Assembly: GCA_965112155.1 (NCBI GenBank)
Contig: OZ218098.1
Length of the DNA stretch: 64,000 nt
DNA from: Podarcis liolepis
Taxonomy: Eukaryota
Direction: 5' to 3' (one strand)
The notes beneath the pieces are model-generated. The model did not search any database, was not told the origin of the DNA, and was given only the letters and a program-made list of their open reading frames with translations. Shown piece by piece: positions 38,625-51,375 of this stretch. The stretch's first letter is position 1; the number at the start of each line of letters is the position of its first letter. The position numbers and the translations under genes are program-made.

Positions 38625-39495
38625 CTATATAAAAGCAAAAGAACCAGGATTTACAATGCACTTTTTAAGCAAGCAATATGCCCCCTTTATAAACACCATA
38701 CATCACACTTGTATATCAACAAACGTGGTACACATTTTTGTAGTGGCCTTATTCACATGTTGTGCTAGCCAAACTGTCTAAATGTGAACAAGCAAGCGTG
38801 AGGGTACTTGCAGTAAGAAAATGCAGCTGCTTTGCTCCTCCCATGGTTGTCCTCCTTCCACACTAGCTATGCCATGCAAAACCATGGTTTGTTTGCCTTT
38901 GTGCTGCATTTGAACCCAGACTCATGGTTTGTCTGCCTCAGACAAAACACAAATGGTAAGCCAAGAACAAACCATCAGAATGCATGTGGTGGCTTTCGAC
39001 CAATCAAATGGTTACATATAGATTACATTTTCATGGCAACAGGTATTGAGCCTAGCAGAGCCTAACTAATTGTTGCTAATTTTATGACTAGCAGCAAAGC
39101 ATGTGTGAGCAATTTTCGACTCTTGTGTCTGCCCCCTCCCAACATCCTTAGTCATTACGTCAAGGTTTATGAGGTGTTAGCTGTCTAGAGTGGGCTACTT
39201 TCTTAGGTACAAGACCCTGAGTAAAGTATACGTATTTTAAGAATAGCACTGCTGACAGATAAGACTTCAACTAGAATTTGAGGCCTTTTATACGTAGCCT
39301 GATCAAAACGTGTTCAAGTAAAAATGGGGTTTAATAGGTACGTAATGAAGGTTTCCCTTTCATATCATGTTACTAGGGTGTAAATTAAAATTCAGAATTA
39401 GGCTGCACTCCTATATCAATTTATATTGGAATAACTCCCAGTTAACTCAGTGGGACTTACTTCTGATTGTGCTGCCACATGTCTAAGTGTTTTAC

Positions 39496-39583
39496 CTGTT
39501 AGCTAAGAGATGCTGGGCATTTTGATTCGCTATATCTTCATCCTGATGACTTGTCACTGAATTAGAAGCACTCCATGCTGCCA
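39496..39583 (-). CDS. UEVLD: UEVLD exon 10 (VAAWSASNSVTSHQDEDIANQNAQHLLANR)
   Basis: 88 bp, AG/GT, phases 1/2 fit neighbours. Confidence 0.88.
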
Positions 39584-40050
39584 CTGAAGAGGATAAAATT
39601 ACAATCAATGTTGTTTTTAAACATTTGCATTTTTATCTCAGGAATAATTTCTCTGTAGAGTGTGTGCTTTCCATTTTGCTTTTAAAGAGACCAATTGTAG
39701 GAATTCTATTCAGAGGAGTACATAACTCACAGATGTACAGAAAACACAGAATACGCAATAACCCGTCAGACAAAGAAACTGCATGAGAAGTCAGTGACAA
39801 AGCAACCACCACCGCAATGTAGTGTAAGCATAAAATATAGAATTGGAGAAGCTGTCTCTGAAACAGAACCACAAACTTCTTGTCATGGCTATCCATTAAA
39901 TAAATAACAGTAATTTAAACTGAAATATCTCCATATACAGTACTTCTATTAAAAATAATCACAATGTTTTCTGAAATTATCTCCTGATATAAAGTACACA
40001 TGTGGTACCCTAAACTGCATAGTAAGCTAAGTAGTAAGTCACCATTTTAC

Positions 40051-40224
40051 CTTTGTTTTCCCCTTGTTCACCAATAATCCAATTATCTTTGCCTCTGATT
40101 TGAGCTTTTAATAGGTTTGCAATAATGTATTGGAATCTTGCAGAGTCTAGATTACAACCAATCCCGATAACCCGACTTTTAGGAAATCCACTCATCTTCC
40201 ATGATACATAGGTCATTATTTCCA
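40051..40224 (-). CDS. UEVLD: UEVLD exon 9 ([31 protein letters not shown]...IIGEQGENK)
   Basis: 174 bp, AG/GT. Confidence 0.96.
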
Positions 40225-40807
40225 CTGTACATTTGACAAAAACACATTGAAAAGGGCAAATTAATTTGTATTCAGGTCAAAAAGACATAAAGGTTTCCAA
40301 TCAAGTTATCATTTATCTCTTTGGCAGTGGGGTTGATTGGATATCAGTAAATTATTCATTTTAAAAACAACAGCAACATCTCCAACAAATATCATGAAGG
40401 ATGTTTTAGTAAATTTGTAATCTTAACCCCACTTTCCTGGAAGTAAGCCCATTTAATATAACAGTACTTATTTCTGAGGAGACATGGTTTTGACTGTGCA
40501 TTATTTTGCACAGCTTAAATATAATTAAATATATCACTAAACTTGGTTAACACAATCACACTCTACAACATTTGGTTCTGGTAGAGTGAATTTCTGCTGG
40601 TTATTATTTGTTTCCAACAAAACACGATGAGAAGCTTTGATCCTTCAGAATCACTTGTTTCTTCACCGGCACCTCTCAGAATTTATGTCCCAAGAAGCAT
40701 GACCTACTGATTTTGTGAGACTTTTCCTGGTGCTTTGGGGTTAAGTAATGAGATTAACCATGCCGCATCGAAACATGCTTGTATACAAATATTTACAATC
40801 ATAAAAC

Positions 40808-41035
40808 CATAGAACTGTAGAGTTGGAAGTGACCCAGAGGGTCATCTAGTCAATACCCCCCTGCAAATCTCAACTAAATCATACATTACAGGTGGCCACC
40901 CAACCTCTGCTTAAAAACCTCCAAGGAAGGAGAGTCCACCACCTCTCATAGGAGTGTGTTCCACTGTCAGACAGCATTTACTGTCATAAAGGTATTCCTG
41001 ATGTTCAGTCGGAATCTCCTTTCTTGAAACTTGAA
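40808..41035 (-). mobile_element. CR1 LINE 3' fragment
   Basis: CATAGAA tail, GAGTTGGAAG.GACCC...GGTCATCTAGTC motif. Confidence 0.7.
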
Positions 41036-41302
41036 TCATGGAAGTACTAGTTTTCCTGTTACTCACTTCTCTAAAGAAAAATGTCAAAAGACTTATTCCA
41101 TATGTGTGTCAAGATATACACAACACACAAAAGGAAACTTTCTGGCCTAGTTTTCTACATTGTCCCAATACTTGACCACAAGATAGCAAACAGAGAACAC
41201 CCTGAAGCCTCTGTAAAGAAATAGGTTTATTAAGTATGAGAAATTACAAAGCACGTTATATCCAGGGAGCAAAAAATCATAAAAAGGTAAGTGCTGCCAT
41301 AC

Positions 41303-41473
41303 CTGGTTGAGAAGCCACAAGCAGTACACTTTGTTGGCTATAATGTGCTACTGAAGGAATGATGCCTCTGAACAGTTCAACATTGCTCTGTACAACATCC
41401 AGATAGGACTGAGCATTGCCTAAAGAATTCACTGTTAGCACCACCAGCTTTGAGCCTGCTGAGGCGGAAAAAT
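41303..41473 (-). CDS. UEVLD: UEVLD exon 8 ([32 protein letters not shown]...VASQP)
   Basis: 171 bp, AG/GT. Confidence 0.96.
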
Positions 41474-41841
41474 CTAAGAACACAAAGAAAGAATTTCTGC
41501 ACACGTCAAGGCGAGAGTATAAGACCTATTTCATTATTATTTTTTAAGTTCATGAACTGGACACATAAACTTTTGTTTTATCTAAAGATACAGGGTCGTA
41601 TCCAATGCTGTGCATGTGGAGTTCAACTTGTGCAATGGGGCTCCCCCTTTCCTTTCCTTTCCTTTCCTCTCCTCTCCTCTCCTCTCCTCACACGCCCTCA
41701 GAATCTGCTCCAAAGGTTCCTCCGACCCAGAGGATGCAAGAGGTGCTGCAGAGGAGAAGACAGGAAAGTTCTAGTGTGCAAGCAGAAGTCTGCTGTGTTA
41801 GCAGAACAGAAGCGTTGGATACGACCCGTACGAGAGTAAAA

Positions 41842-42192
41842 GTAAAGGTAAAGGGACCCCTGACCATTAGGTCCAGTCGAGACCGACTCTGGGGTTGCAG
41901 CACTCAACTCACTTTATTGGCCGAGGGAGCCGGCGTACAGCTTCCGGGCCATGTGGCCAGCATGACAAAGCCACTTCTGGGGACCAGAGCAGCGCACGGA
42001 AACACCGTTTACCTTCCTGCTGGAGCAGTACCTATTTATCTACTTGCACTTTGACGTGCTTTCAAACTGCTAGGTTGGCAGGAGCAGGGACTCAGCAAAG
42101 GGAGCTCACCCCGTAGCGGGGATTCGAACCGCCGACCTTCTGATCGGCAAGTCCTAGGCTCTGTGGTTTAACCCACAGCGCCACCCGCGTCC
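41842..42192 (-). mobile_element. Sauria SINE, full length
   Basis: tRNA-like head with GGTTCGAATCC B-box on minus strand, (ACCTTT)n tail, 13-bp TSD TACGAG(A/T)GTAAAA at 41829-41841 and 42194-42206. Confidence 0.9.
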
Positions 42193-42258
42193 ATACGAGT
42201 GTAAAAGGAGTCGCTAATTAAGCACTGTGCCACAACTTTCTCAGGCATATAGTGTGTG

Positions 42259-42261
<3 letters not shown>

Positions 42262-42299
<38 letters not shown>
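42262..42299. repeat. (AC)n microsatellite
   Basis: Read directly from the sequence. Confidence 0.95.
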
Positions 42300-42302
<3 letters not shown>

Positions 42303-42558
42303 TATATACACACACATGTATATCTCCTGCCTTTCTTTCATCGTGGAACCCATCTGTACACATGGTCTCCCCATCCAGGCTCTGGCTACACTCAAACTTC
42401 CTTAGCTTCATCACATGGGGCCTTCATGTGCTTTCAGACATTATTGCTACGAGTGAAATGTTCTTAGCAGCGATTCCAAGAATTACTTAGAAAGTTCATT
42501 TGAAGTATACAGTGGGGGGGACGGACCACCACACACATCTCAGAAGCCAACACAATAC

Positions 42559-42664
42559 CTCTGCTGATTTCCACATTAGGCAAGGCAAAGATTTCCAGGT
42601 CCATAGCTGCTCCTTTCATTGTACCTTCTGAGCAGTCCAAGACAACCACTCTGTCAGCAACACC
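42559..42664 (-). CDS. UEVLD: UEVLD exon 7 (GVADRVVVLDCSEGTMKGAAMDLEIFALPNVEISR)
   Basis: 106 bp, AG/GT. Confidence 0.95.
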
Positions 42665-43481
42665 CTGGTACAAATTGAAAGCAAAGAAGTAATTATTCAG
42701 TGGAGAAAAGATAAAATGGCATTCTGAAAGGGTTTAATACAACTCTTATTTATTTCTTTAAATGCTGACATACAATCCTATTATCTACACAAGCTGCTGT
42801 TAAATTTAAGCCAACAGCTATTCTCTCCCATCACACCAGTCATCTGGTTGAATCAAGTTGCCACTGCTAGAGACAATGTGCCTCTGAATCCCAATTGCTG
42901 GGAATCAAAAGTGGGAAGAGTGCTGCTCCACTCCAATCCTGCTTTCAGGTTTCCCATAGTCATTGCATTGGCCACTGTGAGAACAGGATGCCGGACTAAA
43001 TGGGCCTTTGGCTTTATCCAGCAGCCAGACTCTCCTGAAGATGGCCAGGCATAATTCGGCAGGCATTAAACACGCACTGAAATCCCTCCCATAGAAATCA
43101 GTAGGATGCCTGGATCATGACAAAATACCTGGAGATTCACAGAGCAATCTAAACCTCACCAGGGCAGCAGGTGAGTGGCAGATCCATGCTGAAAGCAACT
43201 GTGCTAGTAGCTTTCCAGCTGCTTATATTAGCCTCCTAAAAGTCCATACAGGCTGAATTCTTTTGGTGCTATTAGAAAATACACAATTTAAGACAGCATG
43301 TGCCAACTAAAAGCTATGGTTCCCATGTGCTGAGAAGTTATGCAAATAGACCCTCAATGCACAGTCCTTTGCAGGCTTACTCAGAAATACATCCCACTCT
43401 ATTCAAGAATAATTATTTTATCCCAGTTTGGAATCACTACAGAAGCAATCACAGTGGTCATTTCACATAAAGTATATATAC

Positions 43482-43600
43482 CTTTGCTGAAATAGCCAGT
43501 GCACAAGCAAGGCCCAGATCACCTGCTCCAATCACTGTAACTTTGTTAAATCCTCCATCATTTTTCTTTCCCTCTCCCTTGGACTGAATGTTGTCTTCAC
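43482..43600 (-). CDS. UEVLD: UEVLD exon 6 (...NKVTVIGAGDLGLACALAISAK), Rossmann GxGxxG
   Basis: 119 bp, AG/GT. Confidence 0.94.
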
Positions 43601-43973
43601 CTAAAATAACATGTAGTCATTAATATAAACAAATGCGCTCAACTTGGGAAGTTGCATGGAAAATGACTGGATGTAATGGAACAAACCAACCAAAAAAGGT
43701 TTAACTGAAACTATGGTGGTCTGTGAAGGACAAGGACCATATTGTACAGCCTTCTTCATATGAACACTAACTTCAAACTGAAGAAGAGCCCTGTTGGATC
43801 AGACCAAAAGTTCAGCCATTTCTCACAATGGCCAGTCAGATGCTTCAGGGATAATGGGAGGATGATAGCCATCTCTTGCTATTGTTCCTCAATGAAAGCC
43901 ATTTATCAATGACTGAATCCTCCATACAGTACAGAACTTGTCTCCTAAATGAAAACCCAAAGATGATGCATAC

Positions 43974-44109
43974 CTTCAGTGATTTTTGCAATGTAGGAGA
44001 GCAGCTCTGACTGTCTGGCTGCATCTGAAGATGATAATGAGAACAGGGGGAGCTCCTCTTCAAATTTTGCGCTCATTTCCTTTAATAACCCTATGATCAT
44101 GGACTGCGG
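43974..44109 (-). CDS. UEVLD: UEVLD exon 5 ([45 protein letters not shown])
   Basis: 136 bp, AG/GT. Confidence 0.95.
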
Positions 44110-44366
44110 CTGAAACAAATACAACAACAATTAGCCTCCTCCTCATCTTATTATGATATCCTTTCACATAAGTCTTAAAATGATTTACAAGCCTCCAACA
44201 AGAGCAACTAAAAATAGGTTCTTAAACATCACTAACAAAATATGCAAGGCAGAGACTTAAAACAAAACAGAACGAAAAATCCAGCTGGAAAAGCTTCTTG
44301 AAACAAAAATGTATTCAGTAGTTTCCAGAAACAACCACAGGCAGCAGGCACCTGTTGTATCTCAAA

Positions 44367-44636
44367 ATAACAACAACAACAACAACAACAACAACAATAA
44401 CAATAATAATAATTTATTTATACCCCGCCCATCTGGCTGAGTTTCCTCAGCAACTCTGGGTGGCTCCCAATCATGTATTAAAAACAATACAGCATTAAAT
44501 ATTAAAAACTTCCCTAAACAGGGCTGCCTTCAGATGTCTTTTACAAATAGGTTAACTGCTTATTTCCTTGACATCTGATGGGAGGACGTTCCACAGGGCG
44601 GGCGCCACTACCGAGAAGGCCTTCTGTCTGGTTCCA
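44367..44636 (-). mobile_element. L2-type LINE 3' end with simple-repeat tail
   Basis: Reverse-complement homolog of 32648-32905; (AAC)n(AAT)n adjacent. Confidence 0.75.
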
Positions 44637-45448
44637 CAAAACAGGGGCAGCTACATTGAAATGTCTGCTCTCAATTACTGTGGGCTTCTGATATTTTAGA
44701 GACTTCAAGGACAGACTCTCCCATAAAACACAGCCATCCACTGTGTATGTAAAGGGCAATGTGGTCTTTCATGGAACCCTATAGAGATTAAATGTCAGTA
44801 CCAGAGCCTTTAACGTGGTCTGGTACCACAATTTTAGATAGCAAACATTCTATGAACAAATGCCTAAATGGACTGAGAATCTGAAGCACTTTATGAACAA
44901 TTACTGTGCACAGGGCTTATCAGATTTCCCCCTTCATAGCTACATAAGCCAGTTATCAACTTTTCCCCAGAGAAGCAGAATCAAGATAGGGGCCACACAC
45001 AAAGGAGCAGGCCTTTCTTACAGGGATAGGGGCGTAAGAGGATCATGACCCATCCCAGTGGGGAACTCCGAGTACCTTTTCCTTTGCAAGTGAGATTTTT
45101 GCCATTCATTCATAAAAATGAAAAAGTAAAGCACTTTGGGGGCGCTGTTAGACAAAACACTGCCCCTGCAATAACGCTGGTTGGCCATGCCTCTGCTGAC
45201 AGAGAACCTGCAGGCCATGACTACAAATACACACTACTTTTGCTAGTCCAATAAAATAGCCTCTACTTTCTCTCACATTGCCTGTGTAGCCTATCTGGCA
45301 GGATGACAGATCATGTTAAAAGGCACGTTTTTATACAATTAAGGTACACAATATGGATGACATTAAATTAAGACTAAGACAAACACTGTAAACCGATTTT
45401 AGTAAAGCAATAATACTATTTTACATGACATGCACAGACATCCCTTAC

Positions 45449-45612
45449 ATGACTCCAGTTTTGTAGATAGGGCAAGTATATCCTTCCCCGGGCATCTACA
45501 TGCTTTCCTACAGAAATCCCCATGTTTGCAGTGGGCTTTAAGAAGCAGATTGGAGGAGTAAAAGGATGAGAATCTAAAATCCATAGGAAAATTGGAATGT
45601 TGTACAAATTAC
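45449..45612 (-). CDS. UEVLD: UEVLD exon 4 ([54 protein letters not shown]), UEV
   Basis: 164 bp, AG/GT. Confidence 0.96.
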
Positions 45613-46484
45613 CTGTCAAAATACAAAACACAAGCAACTATCAGCAACCACTGCTCCTTGACTGGTCATGTATACATCTTAAATTTTACACTTGATATTT
45701 AACCCATGGGTGGGCGTATTGTAGGATCTATTGTACTTTGTTTTTCACTAGAACCCCAAAGTCCATGATCTGGAGCCATAGGCTAAGAAGGCAAACATAT
45801 ACAGTCCAGGAATTTATTTTAAATGCCAGAACTGAGTTCACAGTCTTTTCACACGGGAAAAATCCACTCCTGGTTTCTGCTCAAACTCTCTTTGTTTCAG
45901 CAGCCTGAATAATGGAAGCAGGAAGACCTTTTGCACTTGCTCTTGAACAAGAGTTGATATTGGACACTCTATTAGAAATATATATTTACTTATTTAAAAA
46001 ACGTATATGCAGCCCATCAATATGAATATTTCCAGGGCAGCTTACAAAAGATGTACTATTGATATCAAGCAGGCATTGTCACTGTATTATTTTCAGTGCC
46101 TGCTGAAGACGTTCTTATTTAAACAAGATGTTTAGAAAGTTTGTATGAGTTTTAAGTTGTTTTAGTCTATTCTATTGTGGTTTTAAGAGCCACTATTGGT
46201 CTTGTCTGCTCAATCCACGGCAGCCTGGCTTCGCATGTCCTCACATGGTTTAGCCGGCCAGTCAAAGCTGTTTCCTGGGGTGTGGTTGCTGTCGCATGCT
46301 GACAGCTTGTAGGAGCCACAGATGAAAGATGAGTAAAGGGTGGGAACCAAAGGTGGACAAACTTCCCCAGAGGGAGCATGATGTGTCACCCACCAGAGGT
46401 ACTACCCCATCCCAAACATCCCATCCCACTTGCAAGTCCCAATGTATTATTAGGTAGCAAACAAAAACAGAGTGAACAACTTAC

Positions 46485-46550
46485 CCTGGTATTTCACTGG
46501 AACAGTGCCACTACAATTCAAAAGGTCTTTCTGGGAACCATCCTTAAAAG
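46485..46550 (-). CDS. UEVLD: UEVLD exon 3 ([21 protein letters not shown])
   Basis: 66 bp, AG/GT. Confidence 0.95.
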
Positions 46551-47524
46551 CTAAAGTTCAGAACATTAATTTGTATGCGCATATAGATTACATTTTTTCA
46601 GTAGTAGACAGCACAGTGAGACTGCCCTTCTCACTTGAGCACTCTCTGTTTGCACAGCTGCTGTGTACTGTGACAGAGAGGGGGCAGGCAAGGCACTGCT
46701 AAGGTTGGCACGGTGCAAATGCACGGGCGGAGTGTATCCGGCATTCCTGCCAGCAGGTTGGTACTGTGGAGATCTCTGCCCTCCCTCTCTCCATCTCGGT
46801 ATGCAGCAGGACACAGCCAGAGGGAGGTCACGTCAGTGGCACATCCCCACCATCTTTACATTTTTGTCATTATTTTGTTACCGATAATACTGCTTTATTA
46901 ACATCTGATATCAGAGCCAGATAACTCATTATTTTAAACGTTATACACCACCAGACTTTTTAAAACAACAAAGAAATCATGACAGCAAAATAAAAAGAAC
47001 ATGTAAAATACAATACAGCCAGAAAGGAAAATAAAACAACTTCATTGGTTTGCTGCTATTTGCTTTATTTTCCTGTCTGGCAGCAAATAGCAGCAAACCA
47101 ATACAAAGCTCACTCTACCACCCCAAACTTCATAAAGGAACAACAGTAAAGTGATTACTTAACTCAGGCAGCCCCAAACTTGGCCCTCCAGCTGCTTTGG
47201 GACTACAGCTCCCATCATCCCTGACCACTGGTCCTGTTAGCTAGGGATGATGGGAGTTAAAAATTGACACAAGCTGAAAGCACACTCGCTTGGGAGTAAG
47301 CCCTACTGAATACTGCGGGCTTACTTTCTAGTAAATATACATAGGATTCTGCTGCTGCAGGTTATATTGTCAATAATGAACATAAGTAACTAGAGTTGAA
47401 TTCCTTACTTGAAATTACTTTCACTGACTACTATTCAAACTTTTATATTAATCACTATACAAAACAATGACATTCTCACACAATCATTTTTCCAATGGGC
47501 CAAAAAAATTGACGGTACTCTTAC

Positions 47525-47609
47525 TGTAGGTATTCATTGCAAATGTGGTGTTTGGGTACGACTCATGTACGCTCTTCAGTTCTTCTATGGTCAGATCTCG
47601 GAATTTATA
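47525..47609 (-). CDS. UEVLD: UEVLD exon 2 (YKFRDLTIEELKSVHESYPNTTFAMNTY)
   Basis: 85 bp, AG/GT. Confidence 0.95.
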
Positions 47610-48006
47610 CTGCAGAGAGAACAAGGATAATTTTATTCTTTTAAGCAATTTTATATTGATGCGCCATGCCTTTAAAACTTGTCATTGTTATTCAGCAATT
47701 TAGCCTCACAGCTGAAATTGGAAGTCTAAAGCACTGATTCTTCTGAACTGGAAACCTAATTCGCTTCACTATCAATACAGCCCATTCCCATGTGAAACTC
47801 ATGCTGTGTAGATCTGCATTTATTAGAATGACTGCACCTTCCTTTAATTACACCTTTGTTAGCAGTACCTTTTCGGATGTGCATTGAGTTAAAGCACTAT
47901 AGATAAAATTCTGCTCTTTAAAACACGCACACACCACTTTTAAGTATGTAAAGCAGGGGTGGGGAATCGAATCGGGCCAGATCCAGAATTGGTAAACCCT
48001 ACACAG

Positions 48007-48143
48007 TAAGGTTACCAGACCTCCCCGTTTCCTGGGGACAGTCCCTGGATTTATAAATCAGTCCCCTGACAAAATCCACTAAATTCGACTGAAGTTGAAA
48101 AGTCTTCCTGGATTCACTGGGGGAAAAAAATCTGGTAACCTTA
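48007..48143. mobile_element. hAT-type MITE
   Basis: TIR TAAGGTTACCAGA / TCTGGTAACCTTA; near-perfect 8-bp TSD CT(A/C)CACAG. Confidence 0.8.
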
Positions 48144-48589
48144 CTCCACAGGGCTAGTTGAACAGGTAGGAAGAGCTGTCAGTCACTTGATGTCAGATGA
48201 CTCTAAGTGCACTCCCAGTTCTTCATTGGCAGCCATGGCTTGAACTCACCTTCCAAACATTCTTGCCATCATAATTGCAACACAGATTACACGAATTTAA
48301 CACACGGAAGATTGGGCTTCCTTCCGAGCCAACATACGTAGGATTCTGCTCCTTGAGCAGAGATGGGGAACCTGTGACCCTCCTGAATGACAACTAGGGC
48401 TGATGTGCGGTAGGTTTCTAGAGATCCCTACATCCTGGGTCAAGGAGCAAGTTCTGCATTTCTAGGGCAGCTAACCTAGAAGCGCTGCATGCAGAAGCCT
48501 GTGCCCTAAATGCACCCTACAATGAGGCCTTGCTTACATCGCTGCCGGCAGCGGTTGGCACACATATTTCGCAGTCTAAAGAGTCACCC

Positions 48590-49050
48590 TCAGCCACGGC
48601 CATGTTGCAACCCTATATAACTTGTGGTGAGCAGGCAGGCAGCTTGCAACAGCGTCTTAACCGGGGACATCCCGAGTGACTCGACGGCAAAGCGGCGCCC
48701 ATGGGAAGCCGGGGGGGAGTCGCTCCCTCGGGCCGCCCACCCGGCGCGCGGAGAGGAGCCCTCGCGCCCGCCCAACCTGCCGCCGCCGCCCGCCTTGCCT
48801 TGCTCAGCCACTTCCTCAGCTGCTCCTCGGAGAACTCCATCGCCGGCGGCCCGTGCGAGGAGGAACAAGCACTGCTTCCTGCTGCTGGCGCGCCTGGAAA
48901 GGCGAGCCGGCCGGCCGCGCGGCCTCTCCCAGTTCCTCCTTTTCCCCAGGCCCGCCCCTTGCTTAGGTAGACTGCCTAGGTTTTAACCCCGCGCCTTGTG
49001 GGGAAGCGGGTTGCTTCTCGCGTCGAGGCGCGAGGCCTGCGCTTGAACCC
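48590..49050. promoter_or_regulatory. UEVLD CpG-island promoter (possibly bidirectional)
   Basis: High GC/CpG density, GC-box CCCGCCCC near 48951. Confidence 0.75.
48799..48840 (-). CDS. UEVLD: UEVLD exon 1 CDS (MEFSEEQLRKWLSK) with GC donor
   Basis: Kozak GGCGATGG, 42 bp like TSG101 exon 1, AAG|GCAAGG donor; the 12 exons sum to 1440 nt = 479 aa + stop. Confidence 0.9.
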
Positions 49051-49710
49051 AGGGCCGGATTTAGGTTTGATGAGGCCCTAAGCTACTGAAGGTAATGGGG
49101 CCCTTTAGATGTCCAGCTGTCCTTTGTTAACAACAAATTGTCGCTGTTTTCTATATGCTATATGGTAATTTATGGGCCTAATTGGTATCTAAAGCTATTT
49201 GCATATGTTGCCATGCAACCAGTCCATGCAGAATGTAGGCACCCTATACAGTGGTACCTCGCAAGACGAATGCCTCGCAAGACGAAAGAGTTTCCCATTT
49301 TTTGAGTCGTTCCGCAAGACAAATTTCCCTATGGGCTTGCTTCGCAAGACGAAATGTCTTGCGAGTTCTTGCCAGTTTGTTTCCTTTTTCTTAAAGTCGC
49401 TAAGCCGTTAATAGCCGCTAAGCCGTTAATAGCCGCTAAGCCGCTAATAGCCGTGCTTCGCAAGACGAAAAAACCACAAGACGAGACTCGCGGAACGGAT
49501 TAATTTCGTCTTGCGAGGCACCACTGTACTGTATATAGACATGAGCAAACCAGTGATATTTTAGGGAGCAGGTGGGGCCCATTACTTACATCATAGGAGC
49601 CTACACAACACAAAACACTGATGCTGTATGCAGGTTTTATTTTGTTTTTTATCTTGTATTAGGAAATGTACATCCAGGTTTTTTTCCTTGAGTTTTTTTG
49701 GGGCCCTAGA
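49050..49710. mobile_element. interspersed repeat (CAGGGCCGGATTTAGG...GGGGCCC) interrupted by a family B MITE
   Basis: Recognisable start with recurring GGGCCC motifs; right end truncated or uncertain. Confidence 0.55.
49249..49526 (+). mobile_element. Tc1/mariner-pogo type MITE, family B, nested insertion
   Basis: TIRs, TA TSD, internal AGCCGCTA/AGCCGTTA tandem repeats. Confidence 0.9.
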
Positions 49711-49804
49711 AAAGGTGTTTTTCATTGGCCACAGGAGGCAGTCATGGCCACCAACCTAGATGGCTTTCAGAGAGTATTGGACCAATTCATGGAGGAGAGG
49801 GCTA

Positions 49805-49985
49805 TCACAGAATCGTAGAGTTGGAAGGGACCCCAAGAGCCATCTACTGCAACCTCCCTGCAATGCAGGATTCTTAGCTAAAGCATCCATGACAGATGGC
49901 TCTGCTTGAAAACCTCCAAGGAAGGAGAACCCACAACCTCCCTCCAAAGGGAGACAGTTCAGCTGTCGAACAGCTCTTACCAGCG
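49805..49985 (-). mobile_element. CR1 LINE 3' fragment
   Basis: Homologous to 40808-41035. Confidence 0.7.
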
Positions 49986-51306
49986 ATGGCAGTGAGCCAT
50001 GATGGCTATGCTTTGCCTCTGCAGTTGGGAGGCAGCAAAGCCACATGAGGGAAGAGTTGCTCATGCTCGAATCCTGCTTGCGTGTTTCCCACAGACACCT
50101 GGTTGGCCACGATGACAAGAGGATGCTGCAGTATATGGGTCACTGGTCTGATCCAGCAGGCTCTTCTTAGGTCCATATTCCCAGAAATGGCATAGGGCAA
50201 CTTTTGGGGCAGCAGCCTAGCTTGTTCTTCTGTGAAGCTCTGTGGAAGAAAAATCAAGCCATAATGTTGTGATTAGGGTAAAAGTTAATTCAAGATTCTA
50301 CTTACTGAAGCAAGACAGTTGCATTGGGGAAGACCCCATCAGCCAGATTCTCTTCTGTGCTGATTGATGTTCTGCTCAGATGTTCTGGAATGTAACAGCT
50401 TCTATAGGGATGGCAATGTTGCCACAACTTGGTTCATGAGAGACCACAAGAGATTAGCTTTGAAAGGAACACCAGAAACAGCAGTGCTGGTCAAAACCCC
50501 ATAACCATTCTATACTCCCTTCACCTTTTCACTTTTCAACATCTCACCCTCCTTCATGCTGACTCTGCTTTTTTACACTCCAATGGGAGATGTTGTGATA
50601 AGATACAAATAGGCTCAGGCCCCAGACCCATACATTCCACTTCCACAGCATGAATGGTGCTATAGTTGGTAAGAAGAGAGAAACTATTTCACAAAATAGT
50701 ACAATGACAGCAGCCCCAATAGCAAGCTGCTCCGCTTGTTATGCCCATTGCACCAGCTGGTCCCTGGTGAGGTCTCCTTGGTTGGCTTAGGCCTCCAAGG
50801 CCCGGGGCAAATGTACCTTGCCGCCCCCTCCCCTCTGCGTGGATCTGGTGGCCAATAGGAGAGAAAACTGAAGTTGATTGGCTGACCACTCCCAAGAGGG
50901 GAAAACGTTTGGAACCACTAACTTAAGGAAACTTCAGCTTTTAAATTTTGTATCTGATTTGTAACTATTCCCCCCTCCCTGTAAATGTAGTTTATAAAAA
51001 CTCCAAACCAAAATGAAATAGTTTATTTAAACAAAAGCTTTTGTAACTCCTGTATCTATCTGAAATGCCTTTGGTTCTATCAGAGAAACTATTTTGCTGA
51101 TGTCATGCTGGTTGAGTCAATTGTTACATAACAAATGATGTCACAATCTAGTTCACTGCACAGTCTGGCTCATCACAAATAGCCACCAAGAAAGCCAAAG
51201 TACTGAGCTGCCTAAAATCAGCTGAAAGGTGATTTTCTTTTGTCCTTAAAAAATTAGCCATATCAAGTCACATTCCGTAAGTGGGAAAACACTGAGAAAT
51301 TGTACA

Positions 51307-51375
51307 ATGATTGTTGTTGGTTGGCTGATTTTCCTTTTGGCTTTGCATCTGATGCATAGAGTTCCAAACGCTAAG
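51307..51375 (+). CDS. MISFA: putative MISFA/Kastor-like microprotein, coding exon 1 (MIVVGWLIFLLALHLMHRVPNAK)
   Basis: ATG with A at -3, hydrophobic N-terminus, strong AAG|GTGAGT donor in phase 0; syntenic position between UEVLD and SPTY2D1 on the opposite strand; resembles the recalled mammalian MIVLGWM.. N-terminus. Confidence 0.65.

Noticed and set aside
41842-42192. tRNA-like B-box GGTTCGAATCC
   Set aside because: Part of the Sauria SINE head, not a tRNA gene
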